From Octopus vulgaris (Eukaryota), in NCBI GenBank assembly GCA_951406725.2, contig OX597831.1, forward strand, positions 57,846,001 to 57,910,000: a DNA stretch of 64,000 bases, written 5' to 3'. Made by a program: the position numbers and the translations under genes. The notes under the pieces are model-generated. The model worked only from the letters and a program-made list of their open reading frames with translations, was not told the origin of the DNA and searched no databases. Of the stretch, positions 13,171 through 24,650 are shown one piece after another. The first letter of the stretch is position 1. Every line of letters begins with the position of its first letter.

Positions 13171-13287
13171 CTATTTCTTTAACATTTGATGTCTTACTAA
13201 CAGAAGAGGTGCTGTCAGTCCAGATCCAAAGAAAAGGACAAAGACGGCGGTCAGTTTGTAGCGGTTGCTGATGTCAAAAGGCAAGTT
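13171..13287 (-). CDS. COX7C: COX7C coding exon 2 (transmembrane helix and C-terminus)
   Basis: Acceptor tgttttattttag|; translates NLPFDISNRYKLTAVFVLFFGSGLTAPLLLVRHQMLKK-TAG, with the diagnostic NLPF...FGS...P.L.VRHQ.LK motifs. The exon continues 21 nt past the stop to donor TTG|gtaagt at 13149. Confidence 0.96.
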   Translation of the reverse strand, partial: NLPFDISNRYKLTAVFVLFFGSGLTAPLLLVRHQMLKK

Positions 13288-14895
13288 CTAAAATAAAACA
13301 TTAGAAATCTTTATATTAATTCAGATCAAGATAGGTTATAACAAACTACAACAATGTTTGCTATTTCTAGTGATATTCAATGTATAAATGCTAATAAGCA
13401 TGGATTTAACTGTCTTAATACCCTTATGATAAAATAATCACCAGTGATACAGCTCAGTTATGAAAAAGAAATTACGTCCAGGTGACTTGAGATTCTGAGA
13501 TGTTGAATGTAATGGAATGCTTAACAGTGATTTTATCTTTCTATTTTTGTTTTTAATATCCTGCCAAAGTAGACAAAAACTTTCCTGATCGTAGCACCTT
13601 CCACTAATGGATGTCTTTTCAAAATTCTTAGATTATTTACCTGGTTGTCATTTGAATTGAAAACACTGAGAAAATATGACAGATTGTAAGAAATCCTCAA
13701 AGAAAACTTCAGTTAAATTTGAAATGCCATTGCTTTAATTTTTTTTTTAATAATGAAAATGTTTCACATGTAAAATAACACCTGGTCATTCATTTGAATT
13801 AAAAATACTGAAACATTATACAAAGTAAAAGGGGCTTTCATTATCTATTCGATAAAGGCATTAGTTTTTACAATACCACCCTTTCCTTTTTTTTTAATGC
13901 TTCTTCTTGTATTTCTTTTCTTTCACTTTTTCTCCATGTACTGCTATACTCACAAAGATATTGTGATTGCCCAACCTGTTAGAAATAACAACCAAATGAC
14001 CCTCAACAAAAATAGGTAAAAAAAAAAATCAAGTAGTTCAACCTCTTTATTTTCCAAGCTAATTTCCAGTTCATATTTGACCATTTACTTATACAACCCC
14101 TGTGAGACAAACTAGCACCTGAGTACCACAAATAGGACAGACCACAAATGTGTAAGACTGGTAGCTCGGTATAAGCATACACCACACTGATCCAGCACTA
14201 TTTGGATGAATTCTCTGTCTGGAAGCCACTTTCAGCTTTAGTATTTCTTAGTCTAACATTTCTTATAAAATTTATATCTTCTGTATGTGATTATGTGGGC
14301 ATCATACTGAAGGGAATATGTAAAAAAAAAAAACTGTACTGTTTTTGTGAAAAGGGATATGTTCCCAAAGCAACAGCAATTCAAAATTTACAAAAACCTT
14401 CTTTCCTTCTTCTGGGATTTCTAGCAATATATCTCAGCACATACTCTCAGTTTTTTCCAATTCAACTGATCTGGAACACATATATAGACTGCTTACATTA
14501 GTAACCACATTTTCATTCTTAATTGAAACAATATTTCACATTTGCAGAAAATGTAACACTGCAAATATTGCTTTCGTTACTGAAAACCAAAATTTCAGGC
14601 ATTTCTTCATTTCATGAAAATTAGTGTTTCCAAGGGTTAGAAATTAGGGCTTTTCATTGGCAAAAATTCAAATGCACTAATAATTTTGCCCCCAAAATAA
14701 TTGCTTCTCATCATTTTCCTCTCTAAATAATGGTTTCTCATCTAGGTACAAGGCCAACAGGGTTGAAAGTCAAGTTAACCTCAGCCGGATTTGAACTCAG
14801 CACATAAAGTGGCAGAACAAATACTGAAAAAACAAAACATTTTTTCCGACACTCTAATGATTGTGCCAGGTCACCGCCCTTATAATAATTATGTA

Positions 14896-15126
14896 TTTCT
14901 TTACTACCCACAAGGGGCTAACTACAGAGGGGACAAAGAAGGACAGACAAACAGATTAAGTCGATTACATCGACCCCAGTGCATAACTGGTACTTAATTT
15001 ATCGACCCTGAAAGGATGAAAGGCAAAGTCGACTTTGGCGGAATTTGAACCCAGAACGTAACGGCAGACGAAATACGGCTACGCATTTCACCGGGCGTGC
15101 TAACGTTTCTGCCAGCTCGCCGCCTT
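14896..15126 (-). mobile_element. tRNA-derived SINE family B with Nin/Deu-like core, in COX7C intron 1
   Basis: Head GGCGGCGAGCTGGCAGAAACGTTAG...GAGTTCAAATTCC (A/B-box-like) and core GCCTTTCATCCTTTCGGGGTCGATAAATTAAGTACCAG. Other copies at ~17655-17883, 19322-19768, 25305-25524, 28352-28565, 30495-30720, 32126-32355, 32552-32782, 36553-36780, 43473-43618 and 50388-50555. Confidence 0.88.
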
Positions 15127-15134
15127 CACCCTTA

Positions 15135-15428
15135 TAATAATTATGGCATTCTTTCGATATAACTCAACAAAATCAAAACATCTCACTTCAGGTATTTTCG
15201 TGGAAGCAAAATGACAGTTCGATTCTATTTCCTGCTTGGAAATTTGCGGATTTTACATACACACATATGAAACAGGTAAGAACAAATATGCAAGGATTTT
15301 TTCCTCCAAGTTTAAAACGAGACATTGCTGGCATAATTTCGTTATATTTATACTACACAACCCACGGAAATACCCAAAGTGAAATGTTTTGATTTTGTCG
15401 AGTTATATTGAAGGAATGCCATAATTAT
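15135..15428. mobile_element. MITE/fold-back element with ~70-bp inverted termini in COX7C intron 1
   Basis: taattatggcattctttcgatataactcaacaaaatcaaaacatctcacttcaggtattttcgtgg pairs with ccacggaaatacccaaagtgaaatgttttgattttgtcgagttatattgaaggaatgccataatta. Confidence 0.85.
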
Positions 15429-16759
15429 TTATGATAGAGGTAGCTACAAGGTCATAAATCTAGATTTAAGTAGTAGTCGACATAACATCTAATACTATGT
15501 TATTAACCCTGCCAAGTTGAATGATAAGAAAAAAGTTAACACAGGCAGAACTTAAAATCAGAATGTTAACAAAATAGTATTAGATATGTTGCTTTTTGGC
15601 GTTTCCAAAATCCCGTGAAAGTGAAAGCATTTGCCATGCCAAAATGTTGGGGGTTTTCCTGCAAAATTGAACTGTTTAAGGAACAAAAGTGAACATCGAC
15701 AAGCATATCGTTCAGTATTTATACAGATTCTGGAAACTATTTAAATTTCTTGTATTAGTCATGCCCGCCTGAAGGACAGATGAAAGAATCAACTAGAAGT
15801 GTTATTGCAGTTATTGACTATGAATAATATTATCTGGTAATAAAGAGTTTTAAATGAGGTATTTTTGTAAAATTGGGTTCCAAGTTTCAATGTTGTTATT
15901 TAATAATCCCAGGTCAGTCCCAGATTGATCAGAGCTATGGCAGAAAATTAATCTGGGAGGGGGCGAGCCAACTTCGTAGCTTGTAATAACGATATCAAAA
16001 ATGAATTTTGAATTTTAAAATCTATATCGAAATTATAAATATATAAAAACTGGAACCCACCCCCTCCAAAAAAAAACCCCAAAACGAAAGAAGTAACAAA
16101 AATAAGATTTTTACGAATAAATTGAATGTATCATACAGTTTTCAGAAAATTAAATGCAAATTTGACTACGTTAATAAAATATTTGGATCGCCAAATATTT
16201 CAACACATTTACAATCTGTTTTGAAATTTAGTCACCTTAAATAAACAAGTCAAAGACAACGAGGTTTCATATCTCTATGACACGGTAAAGAGATCAAAAA
16301 GGTATTCCTACCACGACCAACTCGTCTTTTGTTTTACTTTTTTTTTTAAATATTTAATACTGCACTGTTCAACATGCTATTCCTTTCTTTTCAAAGGGTA
16401 AGTTATAATTTCAGAAAAACGTGGCTGATATTTCTAACGGGTCGAGCGATCGGTATTTCATAGAAAGCAAAGGTGAATCCGTCCAAGGTCATAACAAAAC
16501 AGTGCAACACACATAACAAAATCGACACTATAGGAAGGAAATATTTTGCAATTATATACTATTCCACATAATTAAAGGAATACGATGAACCTTATTTCCA
16601 TTTAAAGCCAAAAACACACAAAAATTTCGCTATAATGGAAAATGTTTGAGGTAATGGAGATAGAGCAAGGGTCAAACAAGGAAGGAAGACTAACAAGAAT
16701 GGAGACGATATAAAACAGATTCGGCAGTTTACGGAAGCTTTTGGTTAAGTAATACTTAC

Positions 16760-16855
16760 AGCACCAGGGATGCCCTTTTGCTGGATGTCGCTGCGTACAA
16801 CAGGACTTGTCGAAAAACGACGGACCAAAGTCGTGAGGGCAGTTCTGGAAAGCAT
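16760..16855 (-). CDS. COX7C: COX7C coding exon 1 (mitochondrial presequence and N-terminus)
   Basis: caacATG start; translates MLSRTALTTLVRRFSTSPVVRSDIQQKGIPGA, an Arg/Ser/Thr-rich presequence resembling the RRFTTSVVRRS..GPG of COX7C. Ends at phase-0 donor GCT|gtaagt. Confidence 0.95.
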
Positions 16856-16859
16856 GTTG

Positions 16860-17000
16860 ACAACGGGAAATAATGAAAGCTTTAGCAACTGCACAGGAAG
16901 TAGATCCCGTTGAAAGATTCAGCCAATGAAAGATGATTAAACTGGTCAGCTGACTGAAAGTCTTTTCCCGTTTGGCAGCATTTTATTCGTAAAATCTTAT
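16860..17000 (-). promoter_or_regulatory. COX7C proximal promoter / 5' UTR
   Basis: Directly upstream of the ATG: ETS/GABP-like CAGGAAGT at 16894-16901 and AGCCAATG (CCAAT at 16923-16927). Local CpGs are retained. The TSS cannot be determined. Confidence 0.5.
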
Positions 17001-17084
17001 CCATGGAATGTTTATTTCTTTACCTCTTAATAAAATATTCCGGTAGATTTATCATTTTTAATGTTAAAAAGATAAGCTGGTTTA

Positions 17085-17509
17085 GGATCTTTTCGGTTTG
17101 AACGGCAGTTTTTTAAAAATAATTTCCACTTAACTAAACACTTTTAAACTTCGTATACTGGTAGAATGTGTTTATAAAACATCTTTTTTCTCTTGGCTTT
17201 ATTGAGAAAATTCTATAGTTTGTAAGATATTTGTTGTTTTTTTTCCTTCAATTTCTGCAATTTCAACCAATCAATGACGTCTATTGAGATGAAAACATTC
17301 TGTGCCGTATGAATATGTCCCTCGTTTAAGAAACAGATTGGGTTTATTTACATTTGTGAAGAAAAAAATATACCCTTCCCCCACCCCTATCCCTAACCCT
17401 AACCCTAAAACAGATTGAAATGCAATAGATCGATACTATGGTCATAATTATGGGTGACAATTTCATATGACACCGCTAGAAAAAACTGCTGTTCAAACCG
17501 AAAAGATCC
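17085..17509. mobile_element. Merlin-like MITE just upstream of COX7C
   Basis: 29-bp TIRs GGATCTTTTCGGTTTGAACGGCAGTTTTT / AAAAACTGCTGTTCAAACCGAAAAGATCC. 8-bp TSD ctggttta / ctggtttc. GG...CC termini with an 8-9 bp TSD are Merlin hallmarks. Confidence 0.85.
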
Positions 17510-20132
17510 CTGGTTTCTATCTGGAAGTATTATATTGGAATTACGAAACGCAATCACTTCTATTAATAGTCTTACATTTTATTCTTTATCATTAAAACCA
17601 CCAGCATGTATTTGGAATGAGCCGGTGAGAGATTACCTCTATGTGGTAATCTTATTTCTTTATTGCTCACAAGGGGCTAAACATAGAGGAGACAAACAAG
17701 GACATACATAGGTATTAAGTCGATTACATCGACCCCAGTGTGTAACTGGTACTTAATTTATCGACCCCGAAAGGATGAAAGGCAAAGTCGACCTCGGCGG
17801 AATTTGAACTCAGAATGTAACGGCAGACGAAATACTGCAAAGCATTTCGCCCAGCGTGCTAACGTTTCTGCCAGCTCGCTGCCTATGTGGTAATTTGACT
17901 TGCTAGTAATAACAGGCAAATTTCCCTCTAATGTATACTTCCATTGTCTTAGGGAAGGACACAGTGGATAATATGATCTTGGGTTCTCTGCACATAGAAG
18001 AAGAAGGGGTGGTCACTACTGGGATGTCTCTGATCATAGGTTTGTTTGACAAGAGCAGCCCTATGGCTAAACAACTTCCTACGTATAGTTATAAAGAGAG
18101 CTTATTGTTCAACTTGTTGGAAACAGCTATGTAATCACTCCTGAAAGCGAGGGGGCCCCGCCACGTCAAAACGGTAGAGGAGTAGGGGCCGAAACTGGAT
18201 GTGGTTCCTCCTGATGATGTCTTGAGCTAATTGGATCCTATAAAGGAGCTGTTGTGGTAGCAGACCGCGAAACATGGTTGAAATTCCACATTGATTTTCT
18301 CTGAGAGTTACAATAAGGGTACATACTATTTCAATGGGTGGACTAATCCATTGATTAATCAATTGGAATAGCTCGTCATTGAAACAAACAGATTTACTTA
18401 CGTTACATGATTGGTGACTTTTTCTTTTATTGTTTCAACCCTGGAATTATAAAATTTAAAGCAAAACTCTCTGGAATTTGGACTCAGAACACAGAGGAAT
18501 TAAATTTAATATTGAATTAAATACTCTGCTTTTCTGCCTTGCGCTCCATTTATTGATAACCCCCTGGGTCAAGTTATATATATATATTCATTCCACTGCA
18601 AATTTCCTGAGGTTATAACTATTAAATTCGCTCCTTCATTTTGTTAAACATATTACTTTGCCTTAAGTAAACAAATGGGGTTTTTTCATAAAATAGTCTT
18701 GCACTTAACAACTTTTGTGAGTCCAGGTTCAGTTCCACTGCATGGCACCATAGGCAAATGTCTGCTACTATAGCCTTGGCAGTGGATTTGGTAGACAGAA
18801 ACTGAAAGAAGCCTGTCATGTATATGTGTGTGTGTGTGTCTTTGTGTTAGTGTTTGTCCCTCACCACTGCTTGAAAACCAGTGGTGGTGTGTTTATGTTC
18901 CCATAATGTAGCAGTTCAGCAAAAAAAGACTTTCAGCAAAAGACTTTCAAAAAATAAGTACTGGTGTCGATTCATTTGACTAAAAATTATTGAAAGCGGT
19001 GCCCCATCATGGCCACAGTCTAATGACTGAAACAAGGAAAAGATAAAAGATGAATACTGAATAAGATTTTGATCTAGAACAAATGGCTATAAACGATAAT
19101 GTTGTTATATAATAAATACTTGATGGGCAAATGAAATATCCATCAGGCTAAATATTTCAAGTTTATTATTTGTAGCAATGAAATTACTTTTTGGGCCTTT
19201 AACCTCAAGGATGTACTTAAAAGTGACCAATATAACACCTGACGAAAGAACAGAAGTCAAATTATTTGAATTGTACTGTTTTATGAAGCAGAACAAAAAT
19301 AATGCTAGCAATCCAAAATACCTATTTCTTTACTACCCACAAGGGGCTAAACACGGAGGGGACAAACAAGGACAGACAAACAGGTTAAGTCGATTATATC
19401 GACTCCAGTGCGTTACTGGTACTTATTTAATCGACCCCGAAAGGATGAAAGGCAAAGTCGACCTCGGCAGAATTTGAACTCAAATGTAACGGCAGACGAA
19501 ATACCTATTTCTATACTACCCACAAGGGGCAAAACACGGAGAGGACAAACAAGGACAGATAAAAGGGTTAAGTTGATTATATCAACCCCAGTGTGTAACT
19601 GGTACTTATTTAATCGACCCCAAAAGGATGAAAGGCAAAGTTGACCTCGGCGGGATTTGAACTCAGAATGTAGCAGCAGACGAAACTTTCAGCAAAAGAC
19701 TTTCAAAAAAAGACTTTCAAATACCTATTTCGCCCCATGTGCTAACGATTCTGCCAGCTCGCCGCCTTATTAGCAATCCAAAATACAACAATGTTAATTT
19801 TCTGTTTTCCACTCCTTCCCACTCTCAAATGAAGAGCAAGAGCAATGAAATTTTTTATTCTACCACGCAGAGATTGAACTTGTAGGCAACCTCGGTGAAC
19901 ATTCCTGTGGACAAACTATTGCTGTCACGACTATTTCCTCCGATTCTGGAGTTTTACTCAGTCTAATCTAGTGGTTTTCAACCAGGGTTCACATTGTCTT
20001 TGGGGGTCCGTATAAGAATGAGTTGAGATTTATGTACAATAAATTAGTTATACTTCAACAGTAGACAAAATATTAAAATTTTTTTATACAGTTTCAAATA
20101 TTATTAAATTATAACAGTATAATAGAATTTTT

Positions 20133-20773
20133 GGCGAAGTTTCGTTTGTCGTAGCACACGTTTCCGTCGATTTCCTCCATCGATTGTCGATTTCCTCCGT
20201 CGATTTCCATAAAAAATGTAAACACTGAATCGGCCATACATACATACATACATACATACACACATACATACACACACACACACACATACATACACACACA
20301 CACATACATAGATACATACACACACACATACATGCAGACATACATATACACATACACCGAGTAAAAAATTACACTGAATCGGCCATACATACATACATAC
20401 ACACACACATACTTACACACATACACACACATACATACACACACACATAGATACATACACACACACACATACATATACACATACACCGAGTAAAAAATTT
20501 CAGTTATCTCTCTCTTTCACACATTACTCTCTCTGTCTCTTCGCACACACTAACAGAAGCACTTCACTTACACAACATACTGTCTGTCTCCCACACCCCA
20601 TCAAACACACACACGGGGACTTCAAAAAGAAATTCCCTCGTCATAAAAGCGCTTCCTCTTAGTCTCTTTCGCTCTCATTACTTCAAATATTCCCGCAAAG
20701 CCATATGTAAAAAAAATAAAAGTTTTTTACGGAAATCGACGGAAACGTGTGCTACGACAAACGAAACTTCGCC
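20133..20773. mobile_element. Merlin-like MITE (young)
   Basis: Perfect 43-bp TIRs GGCGAAGTTTCGTTTGTCGTAGCACACGTTTCCGTCGATTTCC and a perfect 8-bp TSD GAATTTTT (20125-20132, 20774-20781). Internal CA/TACA microsatellites. Inserted into an older element spanning ~19970-20850. Confidence 0.92.
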
Positions 20774-20864
20774 GAATTTTTTTTTAAACATTGAATGGGT
20801 ATGAGGATCCAGTAGATATTAAAATAGAAGTCAAAGGTGGCCATAGGCAAAAAAATTATGGAGA

Positions 20865-21260
20865 AGGCGTAGGAGTGGCTGTGTGGTAAGTAGCTTGCTT
20901 ACCAACCACATGGTTCCAGGTTCAGTCCCACTGTGTGGCACCTTGGGCAAGTATCTTCTACTATAGCCTCGGGCCGACCAAAGCCTTGTGAGTGGATTTG
21001 CTAGACAGAAACTGAAAGAAGCCCGTTGTATATATGTATATATATGTGGGTATGTTTGTGTGTCTGTGTTTGTCACCCCAACATCGCTTGACAACCGATG
21101 CTGTTGTATTTACGTCCTCGTAACATAGCGGTTCGGCAAAAGAGACCGATAGAATAAGTACTCGGCTTACAAAGAATAAGTCCTGGGGTGGATTTGCTCG
21201 ACTAAAGGCTGTGCTGCAGCATGGCCACAGTCAAATGACTGAAACCAGTAAAACAGTAAA
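20865..21260 (+). mobile_element. tRNA-derived SINE family C with CORE-like domain
   Basis: Head GGAGTGGCTGTGTGGTAAG...GGTTCAGTCCC, CORE-like ACCTTGGGCAAGT, internal TA/TG microsatellite, tail TGACTGAAACAAGTAAAAGA. Other copies at ~18720-19050, 28815-29245(-), 29907-30318, 31715-32090, 35708-35996(-), 46073-46476(-) and 56478-56945. Confidence 0.88.
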
Positions 21261-21542
21261 CGTTAATCTAATAAGCAAGCATATTTTTCAAGGGAGAAAA
21301 CTCATACTTTCTATTTGAAGATAGACAACTCATGAATTACAGAAGAGCATTCGTATTCATTTACAATTTACATTACCTCGCTTTTTGAGATCATTAAAGC
21401 TGGAACGATTATACAATTCTATAAATTCATATCTTCTATTTCCGAGAATAAATACAAACACACACACACACACTCCATGAAGAAGTTGGTTAATTGTAAG
21501 ATAATTTAACTGAATATTCCAACCCATGGCGTTGCTGTTAAT

Positions 21543-21690
21543 TTATATATACAGTGTACATTTAAACACATTAGAGATTACCATAATCGGACATCTAAAC
21601 CGCTAGAAGGAGTAGTTAAAATCCCAAACCACAATTAGATGTCTGATTATCGCCATCTCTTATGTGTTTAAACGTACACTGTATATATAA
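21543..21690. repeat. Fold-back palindrome (~150 bp)
   Basis: ttatatatacagtgtacatttaaacacat...ataatcggacatctaa pairs with ttagatgtctgattat...atgtgtttaaacgtacactgtatatataa. Confidence 0.85.
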
Positions 21691-21789
21691 TAAATAATAT
21701 ATAGTCTATTGACTAGTTTTTCTACACTCTAGGCCATCGTGGTAAAAAAAAAATTTCTAAATAATATTTTACTACCTTGAAATTTATTA

Positions 21790-23822
21790 ACTGCCCCATG
21801 GAACTGGTCTCAAAATACCTTGACTGTGTCCTTGCTCCCCTAGTGGCTTTCCTCCTCTCACACATCCACAACACTAACCATGCTCTTTGTCTTTTCAACT
21901 CCTGGTCCCTCTTAACTTCTCTTCACTCTTGATATCTAGAGTCTATATATGGTGATCCCACACCACAAAGGATTTCTAGCCCTTAAACACTTTCTAGGCC
22001 TTCGACCTAACCCCCAACCTGATATGTTCACACTTTTTCGTCTCCTTCAACTGCTTCTCATTTACAGGGGAGTTTTGTCAACGATTCTTGGGAGTGGCCA
22101 TGGGAATGAGAATGGGCCCCAACTATGCAAACCTGTTCGTTGGCTACGTTGAGGCCCAAATATTTTCAAGATTTATTAGTTCCTCTCCCGAACTATAGGG
22201 TTGTTATATTGATAACTGTATCAGTGTGACCTCACTCTCCCATGAACAACTAGACTTCTTCTTCTCTTTGGTCCAATCCTTCCATCCAGCCCTCAAATTT
22301 TCCTGCATCATTTCCAACACTTTTGTTACCTTTCTCGACATTTCAGTCGGCATACACAACTCCACTCTCACTACTTCCATCCACTACAAACACACAGACT
22401 CACACTCATGCCTCAATCCACACCATGCTCTCCATCCTCTACTCCCAATTCCTCCGTCTGCACAGGCTTTGCAGTGACAACCATGACTTTGAGACTCAGT
22501 CTCAACTCATGGCTTGCAATTTCATCCTTCATGGATATTCCCTCACCACTATCCATACCGCCCTTACTAGAGCATGTTCCATGGACCATACCTCTGCTCT
22601 CTCTCAATGCACCCACCCTGCCATTACCCATCTCCTGTTTCCCCTCACCCCTGCTCCACCAATGCACCAATCTCTGAGCCTTTCAGCAACTCCAGTCTGA
22701 CCCCCTCCACTTCACACATCTTCTCCAACCTACCCCTTCCCTCCTTCAAATGAGCCCACAACCTATGTGATCTCCTGTTCCACAGTTTCTTTCCTACTGC
22801 CACCTCCCAACTTGGCTCATTCCCCTGCTTCCTCCCATGCTGCCGCACTTGCCCCTACTTCTCCAACCACCATCCTTAAAGGCACCCATCATCATCCCTA
22901 TCATATCACTGACTCCTTTACCTGCACTTCTGGCAATGTCATTTACTGCATCACCTGCTCTTTCTGCCCTTCTCTGTACATTGGTCAAATGGAACGCTGC
23001 TTGGCTGACCGGTTTGTGGAGCACCTCCGAGTCATTAGACTCAGCAAGGACACCTGTCTCATGCCATTTCCACTCTACTGGTTATTCATTACAACACCTG
23101 TCTGTGTATGGATTCACCGTGAACAGGAATTAATCTTCTCTCTTCGCTCCTTTGGGTTCAACTCCCCTCCCATCTTCATCTGACTCACCTCCTCTCCTCT
23201 CTTCATCTGACACCTTCTTCCCCTCTTCACTCCTACCCACCTCTCCTCTCCTCACTTGCCCTGACACCTACTTCCTCTCTTCACTCCTATCCACCTCCCT
23301 TCATTGATACCCTCCATGCACCCCCACATCCTCACTCCAAACCTCACACTCCAACACTGCAACACCAGACCACACCAGTACCCCACACACACTACCACTG
23401 ACCACTTCCCATCACCCACACTGTCATCCACACATCCACACATAAAAGACACACACACTTTACACAGCACACCTCCACACATCAAAGTCACCAGCCCCTA
23501 TCCACACACACACACTTACACAGTCTCACATACACACACGCACACGCACCTTCGTTTTGGGAACACCAATACTTTATTATCTCCTCTTCTTCCTCGCTCT
23601 CCTGTGTAACTACCTTTGTCAAGCCAGTTGCCATGATTGGTCGCTAACTCCAAAAGTTTTTTTTATTCTATCTCTGTTTATTTTCTGGTGTTCCTTTCTG
23701 TTGAAGAGTGTAGGCTTGAAACGTAAAAGACTTTCTCACCTTCCCGAGTGTCAAATTAATACACCTGCTTGTTGTTTATACACCTGTCTTCGCCTTTTGT
23801 TTTTCTGTAAATTTCAACTATA
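21790..23822 (+). mobile_element. Decayed Penelope-like retroelement (RT + GIY-YIG endonuclease) with 3' pseudo-LTR
   Basis: Frame-shifted RT motifs LFTLDI.SLY.VIPH..G..AL..FL, GVAMG.RMGPNYANLFVGYVE, YID(N), FHPALKFS, FLDI, YK.TD, YSQFLRL.RLCS. GIY-YIG segment FTCTSGNVIYCITCSFCPSLYIGQ..R.L..RF.EH. Hammerhead-like motif at 23694-23729. Confidence 0.93.
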
Positions 23823-23861
23823 TACACATACATACATACATACATACATACATACATACAT

Positions 23862-23911
<50 letters not shown>

Positions 23912-24061
23912 ACAACAATTGAGGAACGGCCTCAATAGGCCATACCCACTAGAAAGAGCAGCCAGGACTCAAACCGCCAAATAGTAGTGACTATTTTCTC
24001 TTTCTCACTAGACTGCTGGTGGCGAAAAAATTTCTATTGAATTTTTGCTACCCTATATTGA

Positions 24062-24113
<52 letters not shown>

Positions 24114-24570
24114 CACTCCAGCTACAACTTCTAACCTGCATCCCTCCCCATTCCTGTTACCCTAATGTTTTTTCCTGTTTAAACTAATACCTAGGGTAAG
24201 TGAATCCTTCTTTGTCTGAAGCGAGCCAGAAATCACGAAGTGCCACATAATGTTGTTTCTTGGAATGTTTTTTAAGATATTGAATTCATGTGTATTCACC
24301 TGAAGAAAATGTTTTTTTTTGCATGATGTAATAACACTATTCATCAATAAAAAAACTTGTTTGAAACAGCTGTAGTGAATGAACCAATTTCCATCAGTTA
24401 TTTAATTACATATAATACTCCTACACACTTTATACATATAGTACTTCTACACATATTCCATTTCCACAAGAATATAAAAACTCATTAGAAACAGCTGTAG
24501 TGAAGGAACCAATTTCCATCTGTTGTTTATTTATGTATATCTATGTATATATATCATCATCATATCTATA

Positions 24571-24650
<80 letters not shown>

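Noticed and set aside
14232-14714. Possible intronic C/D snoRNA in COX7C (human COX7C hosts SNORD138/miR-3607): candidates 14232-14306 and 14595-14714
   Set aside because: The first has an imperfect C box. The second overlaps a MITE-like terminus. Terminal stems are weak and no guide is recognisable. A snoscan/Infernal run would be needed to exclude them fully.
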